A stretch of DNA of 64,000 nucleotides from Smithellaceae bacterium (GCA_963667845.2 CAXXVL010000001.1:288001-352000), one strand, 5' to 3'. Shown: positions 46,628-56,855, counted from the first letter of the stretch. Notes: generated by a model from the sequence alone, not told the origin. Numbers and translations are program-made.

Positions 46628-48397
46628 TTGGCAACCCGACCTGTTTCATCAGATGATTCCGTTTTGAGCCCCAACCGCTCCCGCGGTCTGTATCGCGCGT
46701 TTCCCATTCTGGCCACACTGCGCGCCTATCAGCGCGGGTGGGTGCTGCAGGATATCGCCGCCGGTCTCGTCCTCACGGCGATCCTCGTTCCCGTCGGCAT
46801 GGGATACGCCTCGGCCTCCGGTCTACCTGCAATCTATGGTCTTTATGCCACGATCATTCCGCTCATCGCGTACGCCGTCTTCGGGCCGAGTCGTATCCTG
46901 GTTCTCGGGCCCGACTCGGCGCTTGCCGCTCTTATTGCCGCAGCCATACTGCCGCTTGCCGCGGGGAATCCCGACAAGGCCGTGGCTTTCGCCTCTATGC
47001 TGGCCGTCGGGTCGGGAGCGATATGCATTTTTGCGGGGCTGGCCCGTTTCGGCTTCATCACCGATCTGCTCTCCAAGCCCATCCGCGACGGCTACCTGAA
47101 CGGGATTGCACTCACGGTACTGATCGGCCAGCTGCCGAAGGTGCTCGGCTTCTCCGTGAGCGGCAGCAGTTTTTTAAAGGAAACAGGCGGACTTCTGCAG
47201 AGCATCTGGACCGGACAAATCAACTGGTCGGCCTGTATCATCGGCGTATCCTGCCTCGCGGTGATTCTCGGCTTCCGGCGATGGGCTCCCCGGATTCCCG
47301 GCGTGCTGATTGCCGTCGCCTGTGCGACGGTTCTCGTCTGGTTCTTTGATTTATCCGCAAAAGCCGGTATCGCCGTCATCGGCCCGCTGCCCCAGGGTTT
47401 GCCCGGCTTTCATATTCCGGCTGTTACGCTCGCCGAACTCGGCGAATTGGCTGCCGCCGCCGTAGCGATCGCCCTGGTGTCTTTTGCGGATATGAGCACG
47501 CTTTCGCGCACCTTCGCTAAGCGGTCGGGTTCCCCTGTGGACAGCAATCAGGAAATCATTGCCCTCGGTGTCGCCAATGTCGCGGCTGGTTTTTTTCAGG
47601 GGTTTCCCGTCACAAGCAGCGCCTCGCGAACACCGGTTGCCGAATCCGCCGGCGCCAAAACTCAGATCGCCGGGGTGGTCGGCGCGGTGAGCATTGCTCT
47701 TCTGCTGATCGCCGCACCCGGCCTGCTCAGCTCCCTGCCGCAGGCGGCGCTGGGCGCGATCGTCATCGCCGCCTGCCTGAGCCTGGTGGAAATTCGCGGT
47801 GTGGCGCGTCTTTTCCGCCTTAGGCGCGACGAGTTTGTCCTGTCGCTTATCTGTTTCCTGGGCGTTGTGGGGCTGGGCGTTATTCAGGGCATCTTTATCG
47901 CCGTGGGCCTGGCGCTTCTGGCCTTTATCTGGCGGGCCTGGCAGCCCTATGATGCGGTGCTCGGCCACGTGGACGGCCTGAAGAGCTATCACGATATCTC
48001 CCGCCATCCCGAAGCCCGGCGCATTCCGGGGCTGGTGCTTTTCCGCTGGAATGCCCCGCTGTTTTTCGCCAACGCCGAAATATTCCGCAGTCAGGTCCTC
48101 ACCGCCGTGGCCAACGCACCGACGCGGACCCGGTGGGTCGTCGTCACGGCTGAGCCGATCACCGACGTCGATATCACGGCGGCTGATGTTCTGGCCGAGC
48201 TCGACGAAAAATTGCATCAGGCCGGGATGGATTTGTATTTTGCCGAAATGAAGGGACCGGTGAAAGACACTTTGAAGCGCTATGGTCTCTTTACGAGGCT
48301 GGGCGTGGAAAATTTCTTCCCGACAATTGAACAGGCCGTCGAACAGTATATGGCCGTGCATAAAATGGATTGGTCCAATCTGAAGAAGGAAAAGTAA
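46628..48397 (+). CDS. SulP-family anion transporter with a STAS domain
   Basis: D..AGL......VP..M.YA..GLP..GLY, GP, SSASRT, PLFFANA. Confidence 0.93.
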   Translation: MATRPVSSDDSVLSPNRSRGLYRAFPILATLRAYQRGWVLQDIAAGLVLTAILVPVGMGYASASGLPAIYGLYATIIPLIAYAVFGPSRILVLGPDSALAALIAAAILPLAAGNPDKAVAFASMLAVGSGAICIFAGLARFGFITDLLSKPIRDGYLNGIALTVLIGQLPKVLGFSVSGSSFLKETGGLLQSIWTGQINWSACIIGVSCLAVILGFRRWAPRIPGVLIAVACATVLVWFFDLSAKAGIAVIGPLPQGLPGFHIPAVTLAELGELAAAAVAIALVSFADMSTLSRTFAKRSGSPVDSNQEIIALGVANVAAGFFQGFPVTSSASRTPVAESAGAKTQIAGVVGAVSIALLLIAAPGLLSSLPQAALGAIVIAACLSLVEIRGVARLFRLRRDEFVLSLICFLGVVGLGVIQGIFIAVGLALLAFIWRAWQPYDAVLGHVDGLKSYHDISRHPEARRIPGLVLFRWNAPLFFANAEIFRSQVLTAVANAPTRTRWVVVTAEPITDVDITAADVLAELDEKLHQAGMDLYFAEMKGPVKDTLKRYGLFTRLGVENFFPTIEQAVEQYMAVHKMDWSNLKKEK

Positions 48398-48739
48398 AAG
48401 TGTTAGTGCTCGCGATAGAATCATGTTTCGGATTCCCGCCTGGAGCTAAGAGAAGCTGTCGATCGGCTCCCGCCGTTTTGTCGTGCTTCGCTGAGGGCTC
48501 TTCCTTCTCGTGCCCGGCCAGGGCCACGATAGAGCGGCTCTGCGAAAAAATATCACCTTCAAAAATGCTGCCCCCCTGTTTGCAGTACTGCAGATATAGG
48601 ATCACCAAGGGGCGTGGGGCCTCCTGTCTTTTGAATTTTCAGACTAATTTCCTTTCATCCGGGAACAACTTGAGACTTGGCCGGAGAAATGATATGGCGT
48701 TTGTCATCCGGATAGAACGATGTTGGGGGGGATCTCGCT

Positions 48740-48949
48740 GTGGCGCTCAATAACGCGTCCAAAGTTATGACCGCAAAAGAGGACGTGAGCCGGTTTGTCA
48801 AAAACGGCGACAGTGTCATTACGGGAAATTACACGGAAGCGCTGCCACGTTCGCTCATCGTTGAAATCATGCGGCAGCGCGAAGGCCTGCCACACCGGTA
48901 TTGCACCGCCTCCGCAGACACGATCCGAGCCGGGGCTTTTGCTGAGTAA
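48740..48949 (+). pseudogene. N-terminal fragment of a CoA-transferase alpha subunit
   Basis: KVMTAKE.VSRFVK.GDSV..G......P..L..EI.RQ resembles the start of glutaconate-type CoA-transferase subunit A, then degenerates. Confidence 0.55.
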
Positions 48950-49051
48950 AAAAGTACAAATGAATTGCGTCGCGATCATGAGAAGAGTAAGCATGAGGTT
49001 GTGCGGCCTGCGGGACGAAAATAGATTCGGGATTTTTTAAAGGCTATTGGA

Positions 49052-50227
49052 ATGAATGGAAAGCTGTGGACAAGGGATTTTGTTACCGTGTCCGTGATTA
49101 ATTTTCTAGTGTTTCTGGTCCATCTGCTCTTAATGGTCATTATCGCGTCTTATGCCGTAGATAAATTCCATGCATCCACGAGCATGGCCGGACTCGTTGC
49201 GAGCGTCTTTATTATTGGAGCTTTAATCGGCCGATTCGCGACCGGCCGCTTTATCGAGGATATCGGAAACAAGAAAGTCTTAATGGTCGGCTCCGTATTT
49301 TTCATTACAACAGCCGTCTTATATTTTACGGCGGTCACACTGCCGCTGCTCATCGCTGTCAGACTTTTGCATGGAATGGCTCACGGCATCGCCAGCACAG
49401 CCACGGGAACAATCGTCGCCAAGATTATTCCGGAGGGCAGACGCGGAGAAGGCATCGGCTACTATGGCATGAGTATCATCCTGGCATCGGCATTGGGTCC
49501 TTTCATGGGGATTCTGCTGATTCAGTATGTGGATTTCAAGGTGATTTTTCTAGTATCTTCCGTATTGGCCCTGCTCGTTTTCCTGATATCCTTCATTGTT
49601 CATGAGCCGATCTACAAGCTGCCCGATCACCATGAAACAAAAGCCGTGAAACGTTTTCACATTTCCAATTTTTTTGAAGCCAAAGCCATCCCCATTTCGA
49701 TCATCTCCTTAATCATCGGCTTCAGCGCTTCCATCGTGATCGCTTTTATATCCCTGTACTCCAAGGAAATTCACCTGGAAAAAGCCGCCAGTATTTACTT
49801 TGTCATATCGGCAATAGCCACCCTGGTCTCCAGACCGCTTGCCGGACGGTTATTCGATTTGCGGGGTGAAAATTTTGTCGTCTACCCCTGCATTTTTATT
49901 TATGCCTTGGGGATGCTCCTGTTCAGCCAGGCAAGCCAGGGCATCACCTTGCTATTGGCTGGAGCAATCATCGGTCTGGGCTACGGGAACTTTATGTCCA
50001 GCGCCCAAACGATTGCCATTAAGGCTGTCCGGCCTCATCGGTTCGGTCTGGCAACGGCGACCTACTATGTCTTTCTGGATTTGGGAATCAGCATCGGCCC
50101 TTATTTGCTGGGTTCGCTGATTCCCTTCACGGGATTCCGCGGCCTGTATTTATTAATGGCCGCTCTGGCTTTTATAACCCTTCCACTTTATTACTTCCTG
50201 CATGGAAGCAAGACCTCTTCCCGCTAG
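49052..50227 (+). CDS. MFS transporter
   Basis: KLWT.DF, G...E..G.KK, RLLHG, IP..RRGEG.GY; about 12 TM. Confidence 0.93.
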   Translation: MNGKLWTRDFVTVSVINFLVFLVHLLLMVIIASYAVDKFHASTSMAGLVASVFIIGALIGRFATGRFIEDIGNKKVLMVGSVFFITTAVLYFTAVTLPLLIAVRLLHGMAHGIASTATGTIVAKIIPEGRRGEGIGYYGMSIILASALGPFMGILLIQYVDFKVIFLVSSVLALLVFLISFIVHEPIYKLPDHHETKAVKRFHISNFFEAKAIPISIISLIIGFSASIVIAFISLYSKEIHLEKAASIYFVISAIATLVSRPLAGRLFDLRGENFVVYPCIFIYALGMLLFSQASQGITLLLAGAIIGLGYGNFMSSAQTIAIKAVRPHRFGLATATYYVFLDLGISIGPYLLGSLIPFTGFRGLYLLMAALAFITLPLYYFLHGSKTSSR

Positions 50228-50400
50228 GCTTCCCCCCTCAGAGCCCCGTCATTGGGTCCTCCGGTGAGGCCCGGATCACCATCACGAATCCTTTAGAAAC
50301 GCGCAGGCTTTCGGCGAGGATGCCAAACACTAGCAGCAAGGTGATTTAGAAAACATTGATCGTCAGATCATGGATCTGATGACAGTAAGGTTCCTGGGGA

Positions 50401-51144
50401 TTATCCGGCTGCGGATTCCATGAGCCCGGACTCGATGACCCGGCGGGTGGCGTCGGACAATTCATCGAGGCTCGCCTCGGTATAGCCCGTCGTATCAATC
50501 GGTTTGTGAATCATCATGAGGGCTTTTCCCGGAAAGAGATCGATGCTGTGCGACGGTAAAATCTTATTGGTGCCGACGATCGTGACCGGCAGGATAGGGA
50601 GTTTGAGGTCGATGGCCATCCGGAAAGCCCCTTTCTTAAACGTGCCGAGAGACCCGTCTTTGCTGCGTGTGCCTTCGGGGAAGAAGATGACGGATGTGCC
50701 GTTGACGATCTTTTCCTTCGCGGCCGCGAGCGAGGCAATGGCTTTTTCATGGTTGGACCGGTCAATGAAGATATGACCGCATTTCTCGCAGCCGATCCCG
50801 ATGCCGGGTACCTTTCTTAATTCCTGCTTCATCACCCATTTAAAATCGATCCCCATCCAGCCGTACACAACAAAGATGTCGTACTGGCTCTGATGGTTCG
50901 CGACGATGACATAGGATTGCGCTTTATCGATGTTGTTTCTTCCGGTTACGCGGACCCGCATGGGCGTCAGATAGCCGTTGAGCCTCGCCCAGATCGTTCC
51001 GCAGACAAAGCTGGTGATCCGCGGATTCGTGATGACAATCATCAGCATCGTTAAAGAGCCGAAGAAAATGGTGGATACCGCCAGGTAGGGACCAAAGATA
51101 AGCCACTTGTATGGTTGATACAAAAGCCAGAGTATTTTTTTCAC
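50401..51144 (-). CDS. 1-acyl-sn-glycerol-3-phosphate acyltransferase family protein
   Basis: NHQS.YD, FIDR, FFPEGTRS, FKKGAF. Confidence 0.93.
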   Translation of the reverse strand: MKKILWLLYQPYKWLIFGPYLAVSTIFFGSLTMLMIVITNPRITSFVCGTIWARLNGYLTPMRVRVTGRNNIDKAQSYVIVANHQSQYDIFVVYGWMGIDFKWVMKQELRKVPGIGIGCEKCGHIFIDRSNHEKAIASLAAAKEKIVNGTSVIFFPEGTRSKDGSLGTFKKGAFRMAIDLKLPILPVTIVGTNKILPSHSIDLFPGKALMMIHKPIDTTGYTEASLDELSDATRRVIESGLMESAAG

Positions 51145-51310
51145 CGTTTTCCTCTTCCTGAATCAAAATGATGAAGCAAATCGTCTTTCAGAAAATGCAC
51201 GATCTGCAAATTGCACTCGAGCGGATGAATACGGCTGCGATCCAAAACGATGTAGCTCTTTTTGACATCCGGAAGGAAAATAGTCAAGACTAAATTTGCG
51301 GTGCCGTGAC

Positions 51311-51410
51311 TAAAACCATCTTGGAGCCAGCTGTCGAGGTATGAAATGAACGTCATTATATCGCAGCAAGCGACAGGGAAGTAACGCTCGTCCCGCGTGA
51401 GCGGGATTAA
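51311..51410 (+). repeat. ~100-bp triple-hairpin dispersed element, copy G
   Basis: Matches the consensus. Confidence 0.9.
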
Positions 51411-51527
51411 AGGCCGGGCTTCCCTCCGGGATCAATGGGAATCGCCGGGTTTTATTAGTTGACAGGCAGCGGCCGTTTCTCTATATTGCCGGCAAATGCC
51501 GTCAATCCCCTCCAGGAGGAGTCATCC

Positions 51528-52808
51528 ATGAAAAAAATTGATCAATCACCTCGCAGCAAGCTGTCGAGGTATGAAATGAACGTCACTATTTCGCCAAAAG
51601 CTGCGGAGAATCAACACTCGTCCCGCGTGAGCAGGATCGAAGCTCTGTTTATTGCCATGTTTTTATTATTTTTCATCAGCGGTTGCGTGGTTACGCCCAC
51701 GACGCAGGACAAGCGATACGCAAATGATCGTCCCGTGTATGATAATGACAGGCCGAGAACGTATGATGCCGACGTGAGCGACATCAATCAAAGAATAGCT
51801 CAGATGGATCAGAGAATAGACCAGGGGATGCGCAACGGATCACTCACCCGCGATGAGGGGCGAATGCTGCGCACTGAGCTCAATAAGGTGCGTGACGATG
51901 CGGCCAGAATGAAAAGGGACGGGATTCTGACCCCGCGGGAAAAGGACAGATTGAATGCCGAGCTCGATCGGCTGAGAAGGGATATTTACCGTGAAGCGAA
52001 AGATGATGACCGGCGTCGCGGTCAGCAGGTTGATATTGCGGACATCAACCAGAGAATCGCCGAGATGGATCAGAGAATAGACCAGGGGATGCGCAACGGA
52101 TCACTCACCCGCGATGAGGGGCGAATGCTGCGCACGCAGCTCAATAAGGTGCGTGACGATGCGGCCAGAATGAAAAGGGACGGGATTCTGACCCCGCGGG
52201 AAAAGGACAGACTGAATGCCGAGCTCGATCGGCTGAGAAGAGATATTTACCGTGAAGCGAAAGATGATGACCGGCGTCGCGGTCAGCAGGTTGACATTGC
52301 GGACATCAACCAGAGAATCGCCGAGATGGATCAAAGAATCGATCAGGGAATGCGCAGCGGTGCGCTCACCCGCGACGAGGGGCGGAGGCTGCGCACGGAG
52401 CTCAATAAGGTGCGTGACGATGCAGCCAGAATGAAAAGAGACGGTATTCTGACTCCCCGGGAAAAGGACAGGCTGAATGCCGAGCTGGATCGGCTGAAAA
52501 GAGATATTTACCGTGAAGCGAAAGATGTGGACCGGGGCCGTGGCCAGCAGGTCGACATCAGCGACATCAATCAAAAGATCGGTCAGATGGATCAAAGAAT
52601 CGACCAGGGGATGCGCAGCGGAGCGCTCACCCGCGATGAGGGGCGGATGCTGCGCACGGAACTCAACAAGGTACGTAATGATGCGGCCAGAATGAAAAGG
52701 GACGGGATTCTGACCCCGCGGGAAAAGGATAGACTGAATGCCGAGCTGGAGCGGCTGAAAAAAGACATTTACCGTGAAAAAAGTGACCGGAATAAAAAGA
52801 TCAGGTAG
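51528..52808 (+). CDS. Lipoprotein with four tandem 87-aa helical repeats; signal peptide interrupted in frame by a repeat element
   Basis: SD AGGAGG; MKKI-[insert]-ALFIAMFLLFFISG-C; repeats DINQRIA.MDQRIDQG.R.G.LTRDE... Confidence 0.85.
   Translation: MKKIDQSPRSKLSRYEMNVTISPKAAENQHSSRVSRIEALFIAMFLLFFISGCVVTPTTQDKRYANDRPVYDNDRPRTYDADVSDINQRIAQMDQRIDQGMRNGSLTRDEGRMLRTELNKVRDDAARMKRDGILTPREKDRLNAELDRLRRDIYREAKDDDRRRGQQVDIADINQRIAEMDQRIDQGMRNGSLTRDEGRMLRTQLNKVRDDAARMKRDGILTPREKDRLNAELDRLRRDIYREAKDDDRRRGQQVDIADINQRIAEMDQRIDQGMRSGALTRDEGRRLRTELNKVRDDAARMKRDGILTPREKDRLNAELDRLKRDIYREAKDVDRGRGQQVDISDINQKIGQMDQRIDQGMRSGALTRDEGRMLRTELNKVRNDAARMKRDGILTPREKDRLNAELERLKKDIYREKSDRNKKIR
51541..51640 (+). 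repeat. ~100-bp triple-hairpin element, copy H (intragenic, in frame)
   Basis: Matches the consensus; open in the host reading frame. Confidence 0.9.
51780..52795 (+). repeat. 4 x 261-bp intragenic tandem repeat
   Basis: Units start GACATCAA at 51780, 52041, 52302 and 52563. Confidence 0.95.
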
Positions 52809-52846
52809 TCATTCTCGCTGACCGGCAAACAAAGTTCCAGTGATAG

Positions 52847-52883
52847 AGGGCAGATCCACGCAAAGACGGATCTGCCCTTTTTT
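52847..52883 (+). terminator. Rho-independent terminator
   Basis: AGGGCAGATCC..GGATCTGCCCT followed by a T-run. Confidence 0.8.
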
Positions 52884-52917
52884 AACTTATCTCTCAGGGT
52901 TTGACCTGATTATTCTC

Positions 52918-54087
52918 ATGATCAAGAATCCGCTGGCAATCGTTACTCTTCTTATAGCCGTTGAAGCGCTCATTCTTTATTTAAGCGAGCAAAAGCGCCT
53001 GTCCAGGTTCTTCGATATCATCTCTCCGATCTTCTGGATCTATTTTCTGCCCATGCTCGCTGCGACGCTAGGAATCATTGATTCCAAAGCGCCGGTTCTG
53101 GGGCAGATCACCAAATACATTTTACCAGGATGCCTTCTGCTGCTGCTCATGAACGTGGATGTGCCGGCCATTATGAAGCTGGGAGGCCGGGCGCTGGCCA
53201 TGTTTTTTATCGGCAGCGCCGGTATTATTATAGGGAGTGTGATCAGCTTTCTTTTGTTTCGGGAATCCGTCGGCAGTCAATTCTGGGGTGGGTTCGGAGC
53301 GCTTTCGGCCTCCTGGACCGGCGGCAGCGCCAATATGATTGCGGTCAAGGAGGCGCTGTCTGTTCCTGATGCGGTCTTTTCGCCGATGGTTGTCGTCGAT
53401 ACGGTTGTTCCGTATTTGTGGATGGGGATTCTGATTGCGGGCGTGCGCTGGCAGCGCCGGTTCGACATCTGGAACAAGTCCGATCATACGGTCATTGACG
53501 ATCTTCATCGGCGGACCGTGTCCGGGAAGACCCCGGTCCCGCACTTCAGTCCGGGCATGATCATGGTATTATTGATCATTGCAGCATCCGGAAGCCTGTT
53601 GTCGCTTGTGTTAGCCGGTTTATTGCCGCTTGCCGATCATTTATTTTCTGCCTACGCGTGGACCATCATCATCGTGACGGTCATCGGGCTCGCTTTGTCC
53701 TTTACGCCGGCCCGCCGGCTGGAGTCTTTCGGTTCGTCCAGACTGGGCAGTCTCCTTTTGTATTTTGTGCTGACGGCGATCGGCGCCAAAGCGGCGCTCG
53801 TCGACATGAGCTCGGCTGCGATTTTGATTTCAGCAGGCCTCGTGATTATCCTCGTACATGCCGTCGTCCTGCTGGCCGCAGCCCGCTTATTCAAGGCGCC
53901 GCTCTTTCTGGTGGCCGCGGCAAGCCAGGCCAATATCGGCGGAGTGGCCTCCGCCCCGGTTGTTGCAGCCGTTTACGAACCCGGACTGGCTTCGGTGGGG
54001 CTCCTGTTGGCTATCCTGGGAAATATTGTCGGGACGTATTTGGGGATTGTCTGCGCACATCTCTGCCGAGTGCTGGGGGGCGTTTGA
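52918..54087 (+). CDS. DUF819-like multi-pass membrane protein
   Basis: SWTGGSANM.A, ASQANIGG..SAPVVA, G...GTY.G. Confidence 0.85.
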   Translation: MIKNPLAIVTLLIAVEALILYLSEQKRLSRFFDIISPIFWIYFLPMLAATLGIIDSKAPVLGQITKYILPGCLLLLLMNVDVPAIMKLGGRALAMFFIGSAGIIIGSVISFLLFRESVGSQFWGGFGALSASWTGGSANMIAVKEALSVPDAVFSPMVVVDTVVPYLWMGILIAGVRWQRRFDIWNKSDHTVIDDLHRRTVSGKTPVPHFSPGMIMVLLIIAASGSLLSLVLAGLLPLADHLFSAYAWTIIIVTVIGLALSFTPARRLESFGSSRLGSLLLYFVLTAIGAKAALVDMSSAAILISAGLVIILVHAVVLLAAARLFKAPLFLVAAASQANIGGVASAPVVAAVYEPGLASVGLLLAILGNIVGTYLGIVCAHLCRVLGGV

Positions 54088-54520
54088 TAATCACCCGTCT
54101 GCGTTGTTGCGCTCCGGGCGGAAATGCTCACCTATGAGACAATAGGCTCCGCTTTCCGTCCTCGCGCGCCTAGCATCCGGGCAATTCTTAAGCGCCCCCC
54201 GGATAATCACGTGTCTGCGTCGTTGCGCTCCGGTGCTCACGTATTATCATATACGCTCCGCTCCTCGCGCTCGCGACGCCTTGCATCTAACCGTTTCTGA
54301 AACGCCCCACGGAAGATTGAAAATATTTCTGTTGTTGCGCTCCGGGCGGAAATGCCCACCTATCAGGCTATAGGCTCCGCTTTCCGTCCTCGCGCCCGCC
54401 TGGCATCCGGGCAATTCTTAAGCGCCCCCGAATAACCATGTGTCTGCCTTATTGCGCTCCGGGCAGAAATGCTCACCTATGAGACAATAGGTTCCGCTTT
54501 TCGTCCTCGCGCGCCTCGCG
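54075..54520. repeat. Tandem array of four ~110-125 bp MITE-like units
   Basis: Repeated TTGCGCTCCGG..TGCTCAC.TAT..ATA.GCTCCGCT..CTCGCGC..GCATC..AAGCGCCCC. Confidence 0.88.
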
Positions 54521-54543
54521 GCTGCCCGGCTCAGTGTCGGATT

Positions 54544-55410
54544 CTACGAAGCTTCCGGCAGTTCCTGCGTTTTCCTTCGGAAGGCGAACAATTTTGAAAA
54601 AGGAAAGAAATAAATCACAAGGGCGGCATAAAGAATATACTGGTTGAGACCTCCGGCGCCCATAAAGGCGATGATGAAAATCATGAGGTGCATTTTGATG
54701 ACGTTCTTATAGGGATTGAGAAATATGTCCCCTTTCTTGCCGGTCACGGTATTCTTAATATCGCTGAAGCTCGCTACGGCGCTGGTCACAATAAAAGGCC
54801 AGTAAGAAATGATACAGACGGAAATAAAGGTGAGAAACATTCCGAAGGTGCCTTCTATGCTCTTCCCGAAAGGGTTGTCACCGGTCAGCGGGAAGAATCC
54901 GTTAAGAAAAATACTGTGAACAAAATGGAAGCCGCCGAAATGGATCGTAAAGAAACAAAGAAGAAACGCTGTTCCCGGCAGGTTGATCAGCGCATTCATC
55001 GCGAATCTTGCGGCAGGACTTTCCGGCTCGCCTGACCGGTATCTCATCACGGCGAGCCCGATGCTCAACCCGGCAAAAAGCGCATAGATCAGGGTGATGA
55101 GCGAAAACCCGAAAAATCCGGCGATCGGCAGAAGAAAAAAAGCAGCCATCACCGCGCCGGGGCTCTGCAATTTCTTCTTATCGGGATTTGCTCGGGCAGC
55201 GTCTTTTCCGGAGAAGGTATTATCGGCCATTCCTCCCGAAATGAGGTTCCGTCCGATCCCCGCGAGGATTGAGCAGTAGCCCACCGTCAGGCTGGATATC
55301 CACAAACTCCAGAGCAGATCCCTGGCCGTCCAGCCGTAGTAAACGGACAGGACGACCGTAATGGCGAACAAAGCGATTTCCACCAGAAAAGAAGAAAAAT
55401 AGGAAAGCAA
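54544..55410 (-). CDS. Hypothetical membrane protein (DUF6498-like)
   Basis: W...DL.WSLW.SSL.VGY, FFT.HFG.FH.VH..FL..FFP, PY.NV..MH..IF. Confidence 0.75.
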   Translation of the reverse strand: MLSYFSSFLVEIALFAITVVLSVYYGWTARDLLWSLWISSLTVGYCSILAGIGRNLISGGMADNTFSGKDAARANPDKKKLQSPGAVMAAFFLLPIAGFFGFSLITLIYALFAGLSIGLAVMRYRSGEPESPAARFAMNALINLPGTAFLLCFFTIHFGGFHFVHSIFLNGFFPLTGDNPFGKSIEGTFGMFLTFISVCIISYWPFIVTSAVASFSDIKNTVTGKKGDIFLNPYKNVIKMHLMIFIIAFMGAGGLNQYILYAALVIYFFPFSKLFAFRRKTQELPEAS

Positions 55411-55767
55411 GTGATTGTCCTTGAACCCGTATTTATTGCCGCCAATGCCTGGCAGCGCACCAATTCTTCTTTTGATCCCGCGAGCGGTTTCTTCAGGATA
55501 CGTATTCCGGGAGTGTTGAAAACCTCATGCTCTTCCAGCTTTCGCCCCGGCAAAACAACCTGCTGCAAAGCGGCATCGTGAATGAGAAATTCTTTTTGGT
55601 AGTGCAGTATAGAAAAGCGCGGTCTTGTCTGTCAAGCAATCTTTGGCCCGAGGCGCCCCCTTTGCCAATATTTAATTGACATATAAAACAGGACTTCCTA
55701 TAGTTCGAGGAACCGGAAGCAAAGTCTTATCAAAGTGCTCCGACATCCGGAGCCAACGGAGACCGAC

Positions 55768-56772
55768 ATGTCCGAATCACAATTTTATCATATTTCGCAG
55801 AAGGGAAAGTTCACAAGCGTCCGAACAGTTGACGAAGCTGTGGCTGCCGCAAAAAACGGCGGCTTTCTGTGGTTGAATTACTGCGAGCCGAAGAAAGAGG
55901 AACTCTCTCCCCTCATCGGCCTTCTCGACCTCCATCCGCTTTCTATTGAGGATTGTCTGGACGAAGACCAGATTCCCAAGATAGAAGATTTTCCCAGAAA
56001 TACGTTTCTGATCTTCAACGCCTTTGACTATTCAACCCAAAAACTTTCGATCAGCGAAATTGATATTTTTATCGGCGACAATTTTCTGGTCACCGTCAGC
56101 GAACGCACTGCCGACAATCGCAAAGTTCTGGACGGCATTGAGCACATCGTGGAGACGGACGTCGAGAGCGTCCGGTACGGACCGGCCTTCCTGATGCACT
56201 CCATTCTGGACTATGTCGTCGACCGGAAGTTTCTGGCCATCGAAGCGCTGGAAGATGAACTGGATTCCCAGGAAGAAACCATGCTGAACCAAGTCTCAAC
56301 CTTTAACCCTGCCGATCTGATCCGCTTGCGCCGCGATCTGCTGAACCTCCGCAAGAGTCTTTTCCATGAGCGGGAGATCCTCGTCAAGATCTGCCGCAAG
56401 GATTGTCCCTTCATTCCGGAAAGAGCGATTTTTCACTATCGGGACATCTACGACCATCTGGCAAAATTCTTCGAGCTGACCGAGTCCTACCGTGAAATCG
56501 TCACGAGTCTCATGGAAATGTATCTGTCGATGCTGAACAACAAGATGACGATAGCCGCCAACCAGACAAACAAATCCGTCCGGCGGCTGACCTTCATCAC
56601 CACGATCTTTATGCCGCTGACGCTGCTTGCCGGAATCGGCGGCATGTCCGAGTGGTCTATGATGACGGGACCGGCGAACTGGAAGATCGCCTATCCGGCT
56701 TTTCTTTTGGGCCTGGCGGTAATCGGCTTTGCCAATTACTGTCTGCTCAAATGGTTTGAAAGGAAGAAATAA
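55768..56772 (+). CDS. CorA-family divalent cation transporter
   Basis: LHPL.IED, PKIE, RDIYDH, LT.ITTIFMPLTLLAGI.GMS. Confidence 0.92.
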   Translation: MSESQFYHISQKGKFTSVRTVDEAVAAAKNGGFLWLNYCEPKKEELSPLIGLLDLHPLSIEDCLDEDQIPKIEDFPRNTFLIFNAFDYSTQKLSISEIDIFIGDNFLVTVSERTADNRKVLDGIEHIVETDVESVRYGPAFLMHSILDYVVDRKFLAIEALEDELDSQEETMLNQVSTFNPADLIRLRRDLLNLRKSLFHEREILVKICRKDCPFIPERAIFHYRDIYDHLAKFFELTESYREIVTSLMEMYLSMLNNKMTIAANQTNKSVRRLTFITTIFMPLTLLAGIGGMSEWSMMTGPANWKIAYPAFLLGLAVIGFANYCLLKWFERKK

Positions 56773-56794
56773 TAACGGAACCGCAGCACCGGAA

Positions 56795-56855
56795 ATCAAC
56801 CACCTCGCAGCAAGCTGCGGAGAATTAACGCTCGTCCCGCGTGAGCGGGAGTCAA
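56795..56855 (+). repeat. Triple-hairpin element, copy I, deleted between its two internal direct repeats
   Basis: ATCAACCACCTCGCAGCAAGCTGCGGAGAATTAACGCTCGTCCCGCGTGAGCGGGA. Confidence 0.9.

Noticed and set aside
54075..54520. CRISPR array
   Set aside because: Units are over 100 bp and degenerate, have no unique spacers, and there are no cas genes.
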